NCBI GenBank assembly: GCA_043228905.1
Contig: JBHGNT010000010.1
Location: 7,688,001 to 7,752,000, forward strand
Length of the DNA stretch: 64,000 bases
Direction of reading: 5' to 3'
DNA from: Azolla caroliniana
Lineage: Eukaryota > Plantae > Polypodiophyta
Positions 59,788-64,000 of this stretch are shown here, in pieces; the first letter of the stretch is position 1; each line of letters begins with the position of its first letter. Under the pieces are notes generated by a model, which saw only the letters and a list, made by a program, of their open reading frames with translations, ran no database searches and was not told where the DNA came from. The position numbers and the translations under genes are program-made.

Positions 59788-60259
59788 TGTTATCCCTTAG
59801 GCTGGACAAGCCCTAACACAGGGTGTCCCTATGGAACACTTCACCAAAGGGTGGTATGGGGAGATATGGATAGCCCGTAGTATCGAATGGGTCTTAATTG
59901 GCTACTAACCAGCACTGTTAATAATCGTAACACACGTGTAAGATTAATTATATTAAGCACAGGATGGTAACTAGATAGACACTAAACATATGTCAACAGC
60001 AGCATTTCTATTAATTATCCGTCGTTGATTACATTCTTGTTGTGTCCTTTATAGGTCTCCGACTGAGTTACAAACCGGTGCCAACCGGCAACGATCCGGT
60101 TCGGATCCGAATCGGCATACCGGTCCGTTCGTCCGCTTCTCAAAATAACATAATACTTATTAATTTCATAGTACTTATTAATTTCAACTCCCAATCCCTA
60201 ATTAAATACCCCTTTTACATTCTGGACTCTAACCGACCCTTTGGCCTTGCCGGCCAACA
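59788..60259 (-). repeat. 3' LTR of H2
   Basis: TGTT...AACA termini; homologous to 32239-32659. Confidence 0.85.
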
Positions 60260-60423
60260 CATGGCACACCCGTGGGACAGTACATTGTATGTCGAACCCA
60301 CGGTTAGCCCTTTATCACTCGTCTATAAAAATGTCCATAATGCTTTGGTCCAAGGGTTCTAGGGGTTCTAGGGTAGTTGTTCCGGTTGTTGTTGTTGCTC
60401 TCCGGCCTACTCCTCTTCGGCTT

Positions 60424-63343
60424 TCATCCCTTCCAGGCTTCCGTCTCCGTCTCATCTGTTCTCGGCTCCTCTTGCTCCTGATGTCCGGCTTGCACTGGCT
60501 CTTTCGGGTCGGCTACCTTCGGTTGCTCCTCTTGAGCTACTTTTGTCTGGCTTTCTCCGGTTTCGGTTGCATTCGGCGTATGCTCCGGAGATTTCTCTTC
60601 GTCACTAATGTTAATTGTCGTCGTTCTTCTAGGCTCCATTTGCTGTCTCCGCTCCCATTCGTAATGCTCGAGCTGGAATTGGGTATCCAGCTGGTCGTCA
60701 TCCAGTTGTTCGACCAGCCGTCCCACCGCCACCAGTTGCTCTCCAGCCAAGGACAGGAAGTCAGCCGATAACTCCTCTCATATGGCCACAACGCTTTCCG
60801 CGTCAAGTTTGTAGAAGTTATCGTCGTCCTTTTGCCGGTTCTCTGCATCCGCTCATAAGACCTGTAACTTGGTTGCCTGCTTTGCCCATTTGGACCACCA
60901 TTGTACTAAACTCTCTTCAACTAACTTCTTCGTCTGGTCCCTCCATGTTAGTACAATATCTCGAATACGATCAAGTCCCATCTTTGACTTCTCCTTTGTG
61001 GCCTGTTTTTCATCCTTTAATTGCTTTATGAGGATCGCGGTTGTCTCGGCTTGTCCCTGATATTGCATCAGTTGCGTCTGATAAGTCGTCTGAACTCTGT
61101 TCAGAGCCATCTTTGCTCGTTCCATCTCCTCATGATGCTTCCGGGTAAGCTCCAGTTTCTCCTCCGTCGCTTCTACCAGCATCTTTGCCGCTTCGACTCC
61201 CTTGGTCCTTTCATCCGCCAATGTCGTTGTCGTCCTGTGGACTTCATCCCAGAGTTCCCGCATCTTTTCTTGCTGTCGATCACCTTCTGCCATCAATTTC
61301 TTGTGTTCCACCTCTAGCTGCCCTCAATTTCTTGTGTTCCGCCGCCTTCTTCAGGTCTCGTTCTCTGGCCCTTAAGGCCTCTTGGGCTGCCAATTCCTCT
61401 CTAAGAGTGGCGACTTCTTGTTCTTGTGCCTTATTTTCATCCGGTGTTATTTCAATTACCGGCATCTTCTTAGTCAGTTCATTCACCAGAGCCACCGGTT
61501 CTTGTAGTCTTGGTCCTTCTATGACCTGCTTAGCTGCCTCTACTTTAGCCTACGCAATTTCTTTTTCCATGCTCTGGATCCTCGACCGGACCTTCTCAAG
61601 TTCTTCGGTTGTGGCGAACAACCCGTTGTCGTGAAGATTCTGGGCTATGGTGAGAAACCGGGGAATATCAGAAGAACCGGCATGTAATCATCTTGTTGTA
61701 AAGCTCTTGTAATATATATTCATGTTAGTGTATATCTATCTTCCTTGTAAGATATTTGAGCCGGGTCCATATTCACGGTGAACCGTTTTTGTGAAACCCT
61801 ACATTCGTTGGAGCCGGAAGTCGATTCCTGAGCGAAGCCCACAAAGCTTAAGGACTCCACCATCTGTCTCCCTAGTCCGAGACCCCCGTGGTCCCACCCC
61901 TTTCAACACGTACTCGCGGATTATCACGACACTGTTACCCTGTGCTCTCTCCTCCATTTCTATTTGGCACCCAACCCCGGCCACCTGCTCTCCGATCCAC
62001 CGTAGCCATTGACTGTCAGTGCCTTTTTGTCGTGCCGGTTCTGGTTGTGGCGTGACCTCTGTTCTCGTTGGAAGCCCTTTTTGGATTGTTGACTGCAGCG
62101 ACAACTCCTACTCTTGTGGTGCTTGCTGCCCCGGTGAGGTAGGCAATTCAATTACCGGTTCTTGGACCACCGGCACTGCTGCTTCTTGCTGCACATGTAG
62201 CTCTTCAATCGGTTCTAGTTGAACCGGTTCCACCTCCTTCCTTGGCTCCAGTCCCTCAGAGCGGGGTGTCGGTGCACTGTCTTTCACCGGACCCGATTCG
62301 TCCCCCTTCTACTCCGCATCGCTACGCTTCTAGCAACATAGGAGGTTTTCGGCGGGGTCTTCTTCTGCCTCCTCCTCTTGGGTCCTGATATTGATCTTCA
62401 TTGCCAAGGGGTCCGCCTCTTGTTCCTGCCGGCGCAGCTTGATTTTCAGAGGCCATACTAGTGGCTCTACCGATGTCTCTGTCTCTACTTGCCTCTTTCG
62501 GCTAAGCGGTTCTTTCCCTTGCTCCGAGGTACTGCCCTCTTTCCAACCAGGCGTGTGCTTGGCCAGAAGTTGTTGTTGTTTTGAAGGTTTGTTAGGCGTG
62601 GTCTCTGTTACTCAAACCCTCTTCTTAGTCCTTACCGGCTCCACCGGTGGCGCCAAAAGAGTCAGCCATTGAGCCATGACCACCCATAATTTCTTGTCGT
62701 TCTGGACTGATTCTATCACTGTCCGCAAACAATCGGCGATGATTACTGACCAATCCACTTGCACCCATGTGTACGTAGCAATGATGAAACCGGCTTTGTT
62801 CTTTAGCATTGACGGGGGTCAGGGGTACACAAACCCATACTCTTGGAGGACACGAGCCACTTCTCTGAACAGGGGGTCCTCACCGCCCTGTGTCCGGTGA
62901 GCCTTACTAGCGAGGGAATACTCGCCAAAAAACTTCGTTAGTGTTTCAGGAGAAGGGTTCTCAATCGAGTAGATACCCCCTTCCGGTAGTCCGATTAGCG
63001 CGCGGATGGTTTCCTCCGTTATGACCTCCATGTCGATTTTCTGCACAACTTCTTCTGCTTCATCGTGCAGCGGTGCCTCTACTATCCTCGGGAAGCCTCT
63101 CAACCCATGTTGGTTGAACCACTTCTTGGCTGTTTCGGAAAGTGCCATAGGTTCCATCTCGTCATCTAGTTCTGCGAGGGTAGGTAGGGCCGATGTGCTT
63201 GTTTGTGCTTCTTGCGTCCGTTTGCTCACTTGTATTGTCCTTTGTACACTCAGTGCTCTGTGTTCGCGAAATGAAAGAGACTCTACGAGGAGGAGGTTTC
63301 GTGTTCCCATGCTTGGCGCCTTTCTCGATGCCCTCGCATGCAC
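60424..63343 (-). pseudogene. Extra sense ORF downstream of pol (globular domain, low-complexity linker, coiled coil), with a probable intron at 61645-61802
   Basis: ORFs 62819..63343, 62612..62809, 61799..62104, 61280..61495, 60853..61311 and 60424..60750 tile the region. Confidence 0.65.
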
Positions 63344-63569
63344 GTCGTGTACTATAATAGCAACTATGTGACACGTGGTGCGCTTTAACTAGGCTTTAAA
63401 TAGCCACTACACCTTTTCGAGGTGTCCGTTCGTTCCTCGCCTCTGCATGATGATCTCTTTTCTTTTTCTTTTTTTCTTTTAGTTCCAATTACCCGGTAAC
63501 CCCGGCTCCCTTGTCTGTTGTTCTTCATGGTTGCCGGCCAACTGCTTGCCATTGCCTATTTCCGCATTG

Positions 63570-64000
63570 TTCTCCAGTTGATGAAACAAGTTCTGAGGCA
63601 TGGGTCCATAATATGGTTTAAGTCAGAACCCATTTACCCACTTGTCCAGCACCTCACTGGCTAGCGTTCCCAGTTGATATGAGCCGTTGAACTCTCGCGT
63701 TATCCAATATGGTCCAGTCCACCAGAACTGTAGCTTCCCTGGCATCTTGCCCATCTGGGTCTGGAACACTAGTACTGGCTTGCTGATGCCAAACATCTTC
63801 TCATTACCCTTCCGGTGGAGGTCGACGAATGCTTTCCTTCGTTGTTGCTCGAGTTCCATCTGCATTAGGCTCGCTATTCGGTGCTCCTCCAGCTCGCATA
63901 GTGCTGCTAACCGGATTTTTTCCAACTCCTTCTCGCTCAGCCACTCCCAGACCCATATCCGTAAGCTTGGAATCTAGAACTCAATTGGCATCACCGCTTC
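63570..64000 (-). pseudogene. pol: Integrase C-terminal (GPY/F) region of H2
   Basis: ORF 63623..63925 and flanks. Confidence 0.85.

Larger units (their letters stand above)
59788..64000 (-). mobile_element. Non-chromovirus Gypsy element H2 (H1-related): integrase end, extra ORF and 3' LTR
   Basis: LTR at 59788-60259; integrase C-terminus GKLQFWWTGPY..VNGF*LKPY at about 63570-64000. Confidence 0.88.

Noticed and set aside
32239-60259. LTRs at 32239 and 59788 as the two ends of one element
   Set aside because: They are substantially diverged and face away from each other's internal regions: one is the 5' LTR of H1, the other the 3' LTR of H2.
60424-63343. Envelope gene
   Set aside because: No signal peptide, cleavage site or clear transmembrane anchor is visible, so it is reported as an accessory ORF instead.

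Overview
Eukaryotic, gene-free and almost entirely transposon-derived DNA. The families present point to a land plant, plausibly a non-seed plant (inference). Two deep nests of LTR retrotransposons can be rebuilt from target-site duplications and reading-frame continuity. Nest 1: a minus-strand non-chromovirus Ty3/Gypsy host (4950-32659) carries two Gypsy elements of one family and three Tto1/Tnt1-like Copia elements, one with an intact ORF. Nest 2: a self-priming Tf1/Tcn1-type Gypsy (37287-54903) is interrupted by a Copia that itself holds a chromovirus, a third member of the first Gypsy family and a LINE. After these come a Sola2-like transposase pseudogene with a satellite-filled intron and a minus-strand Gypsy with a long extra 3' ORF. 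The most notable signals are: (1) a Gypsy family with a covarying -1 frameshift pseudoknot placed after the protease, tRNA-Trp priming, CCGG target sites and a covarying pre-PPT hairpin; (2) antisense tRNA-like Pol III modules inside LTRs of two unrelated Gypsy families; (3) strong CCGG enrichment. All calls were made by eye, and lineage names were not checked against a database.
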